Assembly (NCBI GenBank): GCA_046757165.1
Contig: JBHHXT010000020.1
Span: 1 to 45,664, forward strand
Length of the DNA stretch: 45,664 bases
Source: a bacterium
GTDB lineage: Bacteria; Zhuqueibacterota; Zhuqueibacteria; Oceanimicrobiales; Oceanimicrobiaceae
Direction of reading: 5' to 3'
The translations under genes and the position numbers were made by a program. Shown piece after piece: positions 37,079 through 45,664 of this stretch. The notes under the pieces were generated by a model. The model ran no database searches, was not told where the DNA came from, and saw nothing but the letters and a program-made list of their open reading frames with translations. Position 1 is the stretch's first letter, and every line of letters starts with the position of its first letter.

Positions 37079-39697
37079 CTACTTCAACAGCATCATTCGT
37101 CCCGACTGGCTCGACGGGCCTATGGTGACGCGGTAAAAATAGACGCCGGAGGACGCAGGCTCGCCCTGTTGGTTTGTCCCGTTCCAGTGGATGGTATACT
37201 CTCCGGGTGGTTTTTTGCCGTTCAGGAGAACTCGTACCAGCTCGCCTTTCAAGCTATAGATTTTGAAGGACACGTGAGCCGCGTTTTCGACCCAGCCGGG
37301 GATTCGTAAGCGAAACGTCGTGCTCGGGTTGAACGGATTCGGGTAATTCGGAGTGACGGAGAACTGGTCTGGTCTCTCTCCTTTGGGTCGGTGCGCTTCT
37401 GAAATCGAGTGTTTTAGCGTGAATGCCCCCTCGTCTAACTTGACTGGCAAAAACGTCATCCCTTCGATGTCATGTCCAATGGCGCCGGAGATGGGAAACT
37501 CCATGCCGAGTCCAAACTGGCGTTCGATAGTAATGAATTTCTCCCTGCCGGAGTCGCTAAAGCCGAACAACCGGCCGTCGCCGCTGAAGGTTAACGCCTC
37601 AACGTTCTTGAACCCGATTTGAAACGGGCTCACCGGGGTGGCGGTTCCACGCGAGGTGTCAAGAATGAGGAGCTGATGGCTGTCGTTGTCAACGCCGTAC
37701 AGTTTCGGTTCATTCCCGGGCGAAAACGCCATGGCTTCAATGTCAGAGAAGGGCAATCGTCCTATTTTGGTCACCGTTGCCGATTGCTTGTCGATGGTCA
37801 CCAGAATCGACTTCTTGTTGTCGACGCCGAACATGGTTCCTGTCTGCGGGTGGATCGCGATGCCGTCCAGGTCTGTCGATCCGGTACGACCGACCAGCTC
37901 GGCCGGCACGATGTCATTCGCCAGCGGTTGCTGGAAGAAGGAGGCCATGATCTTGAACAGTCGACCGCCCTTTCTGTTTGAAATGATGAAAACATGCCCG
38001 GAATCAGGATCCCGCGCCATCGCCTCCATCTCTGGAATGGCTTTTCCGTTGTATAGAATTGTACCGAACTCAACAAGCTGAGGGATGGCGGGTGGAGAAT
38101 CCGTGCTGATATCAACTCCTACCAGCGTCCGGCGGTCTTCATCGACGCCGAGGAGCAGCCCGCGAACGGCGGGCTGCGTTCGCCTGACATGGATGGTATC
38201 CGCGCAGCTCGTGCTGTCACCGGCATGGTCGAAGAAGGTGCAGCTTGCGACAATCGTGTTGTCACCGGCCGCAAGCGGAATTCTGGCGCGTATTTGCGCG
38301 CTGCTCGAACGCTCGACGGGAACCTCGTTGATCCGGCAGGTGCTGGTTATCTCTGGCAGACCCCCTCTTGCCTCTGCTGCGGCGGTGACCCAGATGCTGT
38401 CGGCCTCAACCGCCTCATGGTTGTCAGGAGAGATGATCGCGACCTGGCAGTTCAGCCTCTCCACCCATGTCGCGGTCACGGCTGCCGACCTCAGCGTGTC
38501 TCCAGATTCGCTGGTTATGGCCGCAACAATGGTGTCTGTGCCTGTTTGGCTGCCGGTATACACAAAATGCGCCAGGCCTTCGCTGCCGGTGGTGTCGGTC
38601 GCGGTGGTGTTGGCATGGGGGCCGCCTGCGATGAGGAACCTGACCGCCTTACCGACAACGGCTCGGTCTTGCCTGTCGTGCACACGCGCCGTGATCTCGT
38701 GCTCCGTCTGTAGCAAATGGATCGCCGAGTCAGGGGATAGGTTGACAAACTCATTGACCGGCATGCTGAAAAGGACATAGGCGAAAAAGAGATTGTCCTT
38801 GCCGGCGATGTTCCGGGTCCAGATGCTGAGGCGCGTGTCATCGGGGCCCAGGAAAGGCTTGAGGTCATAAAGCTCATCGTCTGCATCGTTCAGGTCGAGG
38901 GGGTTGGCGTTGTCATCCCCGAGCCCTCCGACGGTCAGGAGCGCCCCGCGGGCGGCCTCTCCATCATCAGCCCCCCCGGCGCGCGAGGTCAACGGTTGGT
39001 CGTTCACTTTGACGGCGGTGTACTCTCCCGGCTCGAAACTGGAGGCGATGCCCAACCCCAGATCGAGGAGAGTACGCTCTTCACGCGGATCGAACCGGCC
39101 TCGCAAGTCGAGGTCCTCGATCCCGAATCGGGCACCGCTCGTATCTTGTGACCCGAAAAACAGCACGATGCGGCTCAAATTCGCCGGCGGTGGAACCTCG
39201 AAGACCACAACCAGGATTTCCCCCTCGATCCCCTCACTATCCACTTCGTCGACATCCAGCTCGTGCCGGCCGGCAGGTTGCGACTCCAAATAAGGCTTGA
39301 CAATATCCGTCACCTCTGCCCAGTGGTTGAAGGAGCTGAGATCGCTCGGAAACGCGAACTGCCAGACAACGTCCTGACCTAGTAGCTTGACCTCCCCGGG
39401 CATGAGGAATCGACGGAAGAAGGAAGTGGTCGCGGCTGCCAGGAATGCCTTGCGCACGCTGCCTTCAGGCGGCTTTTCCACGGTCAGGGTGCCGGACTCA
39501 GACCGGGTGCCCAGGCCGTCTACCGAGACGACGAACGGCCCGAGCTGGTCGTACATTTCCATCAGCGCGAATGTTCCTTTTTCTGGAGTGGTCGAGTCTT
39601 CTGGCCGACGCTCCTGTGCCGGCAGACCTCTGAGCATAAGCAGGCTGGTCAGTAAGGCAAGGTACCCGATTCTTTTACGCAACTGTCCCTTCACCAT
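37079..39697 (-). CDS. Secreted multidomain protein: N-terminal beta domain, Ig-like (Big_1) domains, beta-propeller, T9SS-type tail
   Basis: GAGGAG precedes ATG 39697; signal peptide; VRFLIAGGPHAN...GTDTIVA Ig-like domain; propeller GVDED...DIEGMTF; NYPNPFNPSTT. Confidence 0.88.
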   Translation of the reverse strand: MVKGQLRKRIGYLALLTSLLMLRGLPAQERRPEDSTTPEKGTFALMEMYDQLGPFVVSVDGLGTRSESGTLTVEKPPEGSVRKAFLAAATTSFFRRFLMPGEVKLLGQDVVWQFAFPSDLSSFNHWAEVTDIVKPYLESQPAGRHELDVDEVDSEGIEGEILVVVFEVPPPANLSRIVLFFGSQDTSGARFGIEDLDLRGRFDPREERTLLDLGLGIASSFEPGEYTAVKVNDQPLTSRAGGADDGEAARGALLTVGGLGDDNANPLDLNDADDELYDLKPFLGPDDTRLSIWTRNIAGKDNLFFAYVLFSMPVNEFVNLSPDSAIHLLQTEHEITARVHDRQDRAVVGKAVRFLIAGGPHANTTATDTTGSEGLAHFVYTGSQTGTDTIVAAITSESGDTLRSAAVTATWVERLNCQVAIISPDNHEAVEADSIWVTAAAEARGGLPEITSTCRINEVPVERSSSAQIRARIPLAAGDNTIVASCTFFDHAGDSTSCADTIHVRRTQPAVRGLLLGVDEDRRTLVGVDISTDSPPAIPQLVEFGTILYNGKAIPEMEAMARDPDSGHVFIISNRKGGRLFKIMASFFQQPLANDIVPAELVGRTGSTDLDGIAIHPQTGTMFGVDNKKSILVTIDKQSATVTKIGRLPFSDIEAMAFSPGNEPKLYGVDNDSHQLLILDTSRGTATPVSPFQIGFKNVEALTFSGDGRLFGFSDSGREKFITIERQFGLGMEFPISGAIGHDIEGMTFLPVKLDEGAFTLKHSISEAHRPKGERPDQFSVTPNYPNPFNPSTTFRLRIPGWVENAAHVSFKIYSLKGELVRVLLNGKKPPGEYTIHWNGTNQQGEPASSGVYFYRVTIGPSSQSGRMMLLK

Positions 39698-40115
39698 TCG
39701 TTCTCCTCTGTGAGCACACCGTAACCGCAGCAATACGTGAGAACTCTATCCTGGATGGAAAATGCGTTCCCCTGATGATTGACTCGGATGAGACTGCACA
39801 CCCCTCAAATGAGGCGCCGTGCAGCATGGCTGGAAGCAGGCAGCCAGAGTGCCTGAGTCCCGGGAGACAATGAACATAACGGAGGATAAGATGAACTCGC
39901 GGACCGAATCGCAGAAACTGTCGAATGTGAGCCAGGTTTGATGCGCCAAAAGGGGTCGCATCGGGTAAAAACTTCTATCCCCCGTCAATATTTCGCAAAG
40001 AATACGAAATATGATAGAGAAATGCAACAATTTTCTAACGAAATCCGCAAAAAATTGTTGATAGTTTATTCGATTTTCCCTACTTTGATTTTGGGTTAGC
40101 CTTAAAGGTGTTCCG

Positions 40116-42281
40116 ATGAGAGCAAAAGTATCTGAGTCGAACAAAGTGATGAGCATGAAAACGGGCTCGAGGCACGCCAGGGTTGTTTTGTTTTTTGTCT
40201 TCATTTGTTGCCTGCTCGTTCCCTCTTTGCGTGCAGAAACAGACTCGCGTGATGATAGCTTCAAGGAACGGTTCGTCAGAAAAGTACAGGGCGTCGTGCT
40301 CCAGGAAGTCGCAAATAAAATTGACGGCTACTATGCGAGCGGGGTCGGCAAAGATGACTCTCACTTCCGCACTTACACGGATATTGTGATCGAGCTGAAG
40401 GTGAGGAGGTGTGAAAAAGATATCTATTCAGAATGGCTGCAAGAAGCCGCATCTGGCAAAAGCTATAAATTGAGAGAGAGACCGGGGCCCAGGGTCAGAT
40501 TTCAGAAGCCGGAACCGGGAGATAATTGGAGGAACGGGCAGATCAAGCTCTACCGGGAGAAAGAAAAAAAGGCGGCCATTTATTTTGGGGAGCTGTTTCT
40601 GGACGTTGTGTCCAATGACGACTCCGGCCTGGTGTTTACTTCCCTCTCTCTCCGCTTAGACAGATACTATGTACCCAAGGAAAGTGACAAACAAGAAGAG
40701 GATTCCAGGGACTTTAAGATTAAACTGGATGCAGATGGCTTGGTGGGATTTGACGAGACCGGTCCGCCCGCGCCTCCCGCATCTTCCACTGATGATATGA
40801 AAGTCGGGCAAGCCTATAAGAAACTTGAAATTCAATTCATCGATGCTATAAGTCGTGTCGTTCACAGCGGGACGAGAGACAGCATTGCTACACAGTGGAG
40901 TGACAGTCTTGACAGGGAATTCAAGGGGCTTGTTGACGAAACAACCTTTTATGATTATTATTCGCCTTTTTCAACAAGCTGTCTGGAGCGGGCGCAGGCG
41001 ATGTTCGGGAATTACCTGTCACAATATGATTTGCAGTTTCCTGGCAGGGACATTGACCGGTTGAATGTCTTGGCAGAACTGGCGGACTCTGTGCGCAACA
41101 AAGAACGGATATTCAAGTTTAGTCTGCTCGAATATGTTGGAACTCAAAAAACGTCTGACCACCCCTACGAGTATTATGATCCCCAGGTTGTCACTAAACA
41201 GCGCAGGCTGGAACTCATCCCAGCGGAGTATAGAAGTCACTTCCAAAGAAGCGCTCAGGACTCCAACTTATATTTTTTCAAGATTCAGGATATCTTGCCA
41301 AAGTACTACCACCAGGTGGCCATCAGAAGGGGCCAGGTTCTCAACATTACGTTGTCGCAACAAAACCTCCTGCTCAAGGATACCCGACGCCTGGCGGATT
41401 TCTTCAGCCATGTCTCCATCGAGTCAGAGCCGATTCGCCAGGACATCATCTCCTTTATCGCAAACTATGCCACCTCCATTATGGTTGGCGACAAAAGGGG
41501 ATTGCGCGCCGCCTGGAGTGAAGATATCGCCGTGAGAAGATTCAAGACCGCATCAGAACTGCCAGATAGTTCTAAGGGCGAAAATATCACTATCGCTTTG
41601 CACAACCTCTCCAAGAAATACGATGTCTGGGTCATGTACGAAGACAGGAAGGATTATGTCAATTACATCTTATCGGAGCTCCGGGAAGATGGCAAACCGG
41701 CGTGGGTACGAGGGGAAAAGGCCAGTCAAGTATGGCAAAGCCCTGATTTTATTTTCAAGACACGGCTGCGGCAGATTTGGCTTGACTTGAACAAGGTCGA
41801 TCGCAAGCTGCACTACCTCGACGTCGCTGAAGTAAATTTTTGGATAAATGTCTTCAACATTGCACGGGCGCGCGAGCTGCTGAGCTCCGGGGCTAAGCCA
41901 ACCCCTCTTTTCATGTTCGGTACCTGGCTTTATCTCAAGCACTTGTTTCATGACGACGTTATTCTTCAGAACACGAAGAGTAAGTGGAGAAACGAGAATG
42001 CCTGCATTGATGCGCTCCTGAACGTTGAGCTGCCCAGCATTGAAGACAGTGCGTTTGTGGCTGAGCTCCGCAAGCTCGCTGACCGTTGTGATGAATCCAT
42101 GATGAAGGAACAGTTGCTTGCGTTTTTCAGCTCTGACGACTATGACAGGCTTCATCTCGAATACAATCCCTATCATCAGACCTTTATCCAGATTCTATAT
42201 ACGGTGACACGCCAAAAAGAGCTGTTGCAATTTCAGGATGCACCGGAGCCGAGCAATGTCATACTGGATGTCGACCGATGA
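40116..42281 (+). CDS. Hypothetical exported protein
   Basis: 721-aa ORF with signal-like VVLFFVFICCLLVPSLRA; true start may be 40149 or 40155; no motif recognised. Confidence 0.8.
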   Translation: MRAKVSESNKVMSMKTGSRHARVVLFFVFICCLLVPSLRAETDSRDDSFKERFVRKVQGVVLQEVANKIDGYYASGVGKDDSHFRTYTDIVIELKVRRCEKDIYSEWLQEAASGKSYKLRERPGPRVRFQKPEPGDNWRNGQIKLYREKEKKAAIYFGELFLDVVSNDDSGLVFTSLSLRLDRYYVPKESDKQEEDSRDFKIKLDADGLVGFDETGPPAPPASSTDDMKVGQAYKKLEIQFIDAISRVVHSGTRDSIATQWSDSLDREFKGLVDETTFYDYYSPFSTSCLERAQAMFGNYLSQYDLQFPGRDIDRLNVLAELADSVRNKERIFKFSLLEYVGTQKTSDHPYEYYDPQVVTKQRRLELIPAEYRSHFQRSAQDSNLYFFKIQDILPKYYHQVAIRRGQVLNITLSQQNLLLKDTRRLADFFSHVSIESEPIRQDIISFIANYATSIMVGDKRGLRAAWSEDIAVRRFKTASELPDSSKGENITIALHNLSKKYDVWVMYEDRKDYVNYILSELREDGKPAWVRGEKASQVWQSPDFIFKTRLRQIWLDLNKVDRKLHYLDVAEVNFWINVFNIARARELLSSGAKPTPLFMFGTWLYLKHLFHDDVILQNTKSKWRNENACIDALLNVELPSIEDSAFVAELRKLADRCDESMMKEQLLAFFSSDDYDRLHLEYNPYHQTFIQILYTVTRQKELLQFQDAPEPSNVILDVDR

Positions 42282-43324
42282 GAAGAAAACAGCCACATGG
42301 TTCATCCAGGGGGGAAAAGCTCACGGTGATAGTGGGCTTCCTGACTGCCACCGTTCTCCTCGCGATGGGGTCTTTGCCCGCGTTGGGCCAGAGAAAGATC
42401 ATATTTGATGCCAGGCTTGTGGGAGGCGTGGAGGTTGCGCCTAAACCCGAAACGGGCGAGTATGAGAAACTGGAAGAGATCGAAAAGTACCTGACAAACA
42501 CAACTATCGACTTTCGTCGCGATCAAGCTGATACGATCATCAATGCGAACCAAGACAGCGTGGAATTACAGCTTCAAATAAAGGTTGCCATTTACATTGC
42601 TCCCGCATTAGAAGCAGCTATCGATGATTTTTGTTTGAGGCTCAAGACACCCGACCTCGAATCTCCTTTTCACCTCCAACTTAACGCGGAGATTGAGAAC
42701 AAACACTCTGGTAAACGGCTGCTACAAAACTTCCACGCTTCTGTTATTTTCGTGAATCACCCAGGCAAAGATTTGAACCTGAGAGAATATTTTGCGCCAG
42801 GCAAAGCCACCCTTAAGGTCATCAGAACGAGCGACCGCTGTCAGCGGGATTCGGGCCGCATGGCAACCATTACGGTTGGTAGCACTCAAGCGGTAACCGC
42901 ACCGCCGATTACCACAGTGACTCCCAGGCCGAAAGACGACTTTGTCGATAGAACAGAGATCGCATTCCGGGCATCTTATGGGCTCTATTTTCTCCCCGTT
43001 TTTGACGTCACCGCCTATGCCGCCCTCTGGGAGCATCGGGTTTTCTCAAAAGGCGAAGCATGGAAACTCATTGGGGTCTCTGGCCTGGGTGCGCTTGAAA
43101 TTGTTCTCAAAAAGAAGGTGAAGTTTTTCCGAGAGAGAGGCGGGGAAACCAACATCGCTTTTACGGTCTTGAATCTTGGCTTGCTGCTGGCGGATCTCAG
43201 TGATGGTGAGCTGGATGTGTTTGGCGCCATCGAAGCACGAAAGACGCCGGAAATCGGGCTGCCGCCGGACCTGCCGCCAAGGACGACTGCAAAATTGCCC
43301 TTTCAAGTCAACCTCAGCTTCTGA
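42278..43324 (+). CDS. Hypothetical exported or membrane protein
   Basis: ATGA overlap with the upstream stop; hydrophobic N-terminal segment ending ALGQ; amphipathic/hydrophobic C-terminal segments. Confidence 0.8.
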   Translation: MRRKQPHGSSRGEKLTVIVGFLTATVLLAMGSLPALGQRKIIFDARLVGGVEVAPKPETGEYEKLEEIEKYLTNTTIDFRRDQADTIINANQDSVELQLQIKVAIYIAPALEAAIDDFCLRLKTPDLESPFHLQLNAEIENKHSGKRLLQNFHASVIFVNHPGKDLNLREYFAPGKATLKVIRTSDRCQRDSGRMATITVGSTQAVTAPPITTVTPRPKDDFVDRTEIAFRASYGLYFLPVFDVTAYAALWEHRVFSKGEAWKLIGVSGLGALEIVLKKKVKFFRERGGETNIAFTVLNLGLLLADLSDGELDVFGAIEARKTPEIGLPPDLPPRTTAKLPFQVNLSF

Positions 43325-43330
43325 TCTCTC

Positions 43331-45664
43331 ATGAACCTCCCGGCATCTACTCGAGGAACGAATCGGGGTTTCCCATCGAAACAGATGAATCCGTTTCGGG
43401 TTTGCATGGTCGTGCTGCTGAGCGTCTGGCTTCCGGGGTCTGGCATGGCGTCGGAAAAGACGTCCTTTGCATCCCTGCCGGTCGGCGTGAGCCGCGGCGC
43501 CGTGATTCTGGCGGACTTCAACGGGGATGGTGCCCTGGATCTCTTCCTCTCCGGTCTCACGGCTGGCGCCACCCCGATGGCCAAAGTGTACTTCTTTGCC
43601 GATCAGTCCGTCTCAGATTCTCTGTCCTTTACCGGTGTTGTCAACAGCGCCGCTGCGGTTGGCGACCTGGACAGCGATAATGACCTCGACTTGCTGCTGA
43701 CGGGGATGAGCCAGGACAGTGCGGTGAGTCGAGTCTACTGGATGCAAGATGGTCTTCCGGCTGATAGCACAGACCTTCGGGGCGTGTTCAACAGCGCCGC
43801 GGCCGTCGCGGACCTGGACAACGATGGCGATCTGGACCTCCTCCTGACCGGCACCTGCAATGCGGACACCGCCGTTTCCATGATATACCGCAACCAGGCC
43901 GGCGATTTTGTTTTGACGCCTGCTCCCCTTCCTGATGTCACCCGCGGGGCGGTGGCCTTTGCCGATTGGGACAACGATCAGGATGTCGACTTTTTGCTCA
44001 CGGGCTGGGATGAGGCGCAGCGCAAAGCTATCGCCTGGCTGTATCGCAATGACAACGGACACTACGAATTCGAGCGCGCGTTGAAAGGCGTTTTTGACAG
44101 CGCGGTGGCCTGGGGGGACTACAACGACGATGGCCTGGTGGACCTGGTGCTGACCGGTGACACCAGTCAGGGGGCAGACATTATCACGGTCATTTATCGA
44201 AATACCGGCGACGGCTTCCTGCAAAAACAGAAACTTCAAGGTGCGGCAACCGGAGATATCGCCGCGGGAGATTTTGACAACGACGGGGACCTGGATTTCA
44301 TCATCGCCGGCGACAACGGGCCCGGGGGCATCGCTGAGATGTATGAGAATGACACTGGCACTTTTCACCTGGCAGAATTTGGACTGCTCCCTGTCACACA
44401 CAGTGCCCTGGCTGTCGGGGATTATGACGACGATGGCACGCTCGATGTCGTCCTGGCCGGTGAGTCGCAGGCAGGATCTCCGGTGACCGTCCTGTATCGA
44501 AATCCAAGCTCCGATATCGATTCTGCTCCCCATCCGCCACAAAATCTCACGGCCACCAACAAAAGAGATGCAATCAAACTGAGATGGCAGCCGGCGAATG
44601 ATGACCGGACGCCTGCTGAGGCGCTGACTTACAATTTACAGATTGGCTCTCTGCCGGGGGGCGTCGACGTTCTTTCCCCGGGCGCGGACCTCGACTCTGG
44701 ACAGCGCAAGATTTTCCAGATGGGCAATGCCTGGCAGAATTCAGCCTGGACCGTTCGAGGGTTGGAAGAAGGCACCTACTCCTGGCGGGTGCAGGCCATC
44801 GACCATGGCTTTAAACCATCTCGATTTTCGCCAGAGCAGCACTTTCTCATCGACCGGACGCCTCCAGCCCGTCCCACCCTCCTCGAGGCTATCGTCGATA
44901 GTGCGCAGGTGACGTTGATCTGGTCCCGAACTCCCGCCCCTGACCTGTGGCAATACCGGATTTATGTCCGGCCGGAGGCCGGTGATTTTGCACTGCGCGA
45001 TTCTACCTTCGGAGACACCTCGATAACCATCAGAGATCTGACCAACGAGGTCGAGACCTCCTTCATCGTCACGGCCGTTGACGTGAGTCGCAATGAGAGC
45101 GATGCGTCAAACGAGATACAAGCGACTCCCTTTGCAGTGCCCTTTTCCGATGGATTTGTGCCTTTTCCACCCTTAGTCCAGGGTGACGCGGCGTGGGGAG
45201 ATTACGACTCCGACGGTGACCTGGATCTTATCCTTACGGGTCTCAACGGCACGCTCCCGGTGACACGGATTTATCGTAACGATTTGGACGCAGAGAGGTT
45301 CGTCCTGGTCAATGAGGCCTTACCCGGCGTCTATGATAGCTCGGTGGCGTGGGGCGATTATGACAACGACGACGATCTCGACCTTCTCATCGCAGGAGAA
45401 ACAAGTGACGGTTCTTTCATCTCGCACATTTATGAGAACAGGCGTGAAAACGGCCCACCTACGTTTGTGCTGACCCCGGACAGATTGCTCCCGATCCGGT
45501 CCGGCGCCGTGGCCTGGTGTGATTTTGACAACGACGGGGATCTGGATGCCATTGTTTGCGGAGAGGGCAGAGAGAGCGAACCGGCGACAAGACTTTACCG
45601 CAACATGGGCCAGCCCGGGTTTGCCGAGTTGACGACCTCGATGCCAGGATTCAAAGAGAGCACC
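43331..45664 (+). CDS. FG-GAP/VCBS repeat protein with fibronectin type III domains (runs off the window)
   Basis: Not in the ORF track. Frame from ATG 43331 (or 43385) gives a signal peptide, many (W/A)(G/A)D(Y/F/L)DNDGDLDL repeats and FN3-like PPQNL...LRWQ...YNL...WRVQAID. Confidence 0.92.
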   Translation, partial: MNLPASTRGTNRGFPSKQMNPFRVCMVVLLSVWLPGSGMASEKTSFASLPVGVSRGAVILADFNGDGALDLFLSGLTAGATPMAKVYFFADQSVSDSLSFTGVVNSAAAVGDLDSDNDLDLLLTGMSQDSAVSRVYWMQDGLPADSTDLRGVFNSAAAVADLDNDGDLDLLLTGTCNADTAVSMIYRNQAGDFVLTPAPLPDVTRGAVAFADWDNDQDVDFLLTGWDEAQRKAIAWLYRNDNGHYEFERALKGVFDSAVAWGDYNDDGLVDLVLTGDTSQGADIITVIYRNTGDGFLQKQKLQGAATGDIAAGDFDNDGDLDFIIAGDNGPGGIAEMYENDTGTFHLAEFGLLPVTHSALAVGDYDDDGTLDVVLAGESQAGSPVTVLYRNPSSDIDSAPHPPQNLTATNKRDAIKLRWQPANDDRTPAEALTYNLQIGSLPGGVDVLSPGADLDSGQRKIFQMGNAWQNSAWTVRGLEEGTYSWRVQAIDHGFKPSRFSPEQHFLIDRTPPARPTLLEAIVDSAQVTLIWSRTPAPDLWQYRIYVRPEAGDFALRDSTFGDTSITIRDLTNEVETSFIVTAVDVSRNESDASNEIQATPFAVPFSDGFVPFPPLVQGDAAWGDYDSDGDLDLILTGLNGTLPVTRIYRNDLDAERFVLVNEALPGVYDSSVAWGDYDNDDDLDLLIAGETSDGSFISHIYENRRENGPPTFVLTPDRLLPIRSGAVAWCDFDNDGDLDAIVCGEGRESEPATRLYRNMGQPGFAELTTSMPGFKEST

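Noticed and set aside
39746..40264. 172-aa minus-strand ORF
   Set aside because: Spans an AT-rich promoter region and overlaps the start of the plus-strand gene; composition is not protein-like.
43613..44542. 309-aa minus-strand ORF
   Set aside because: Antisense to the FG-GAP gene, which the track missed because it has no stop in the window.

Overview
Chromosomal window from a bacterium with about 25 protein-coding genes and no rRNA, tRNA or CRISPR array that I could see. Four secreted proteins end in the N(Y/F)PNPFNPxTT FlgD-Ig/T9SS-type tail, which suggests an FCB-group organism such as KSB1 or Calditrichota (inference). Three blocks stand out. (1) 1-13.6 kb: a candidate O2-responsive sigma-54 regulon, with a membrane histidine kinase carrying two FixL-type heme-PAS domains, an NtrC-family activator, a divergent stand-alone receiver, a tandem USP and a Cys-rich membrane protein missed by the ORF track. 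Three sigma-54-like promoters each lie near a TTCTCA-N4-TGAGAA-type palindrome, and one also has an IHF site. (2) 15.2-28.1 kb: an ECF-like sigma factor, a zinc-finger (HxxxCxxC) protein, a TM/TPR anti-sigma-like protein, an unknown protein, a membrane-anchored TPR-CHAT protease and a bacterial CLCA-like metalloprotease-vWA protein, with a divergent pair of unknown genes. This is the best candidate for an uncharacterised proteolytic signalling system. (3) 28.6-45.7 kb: large secreted proteins (VPS10/BNR hydrolase, LTD-EEP nuclease, propeller protein, two unknowns, FG-GAP/FN3 protein). An Rpn/DUF2887 nuclease, a MaoC dehydratase, a radical SAM enzyme and several REP/MITE-like palindromes are also present. 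All family calls come from motif recognition by eye, with no database searches.
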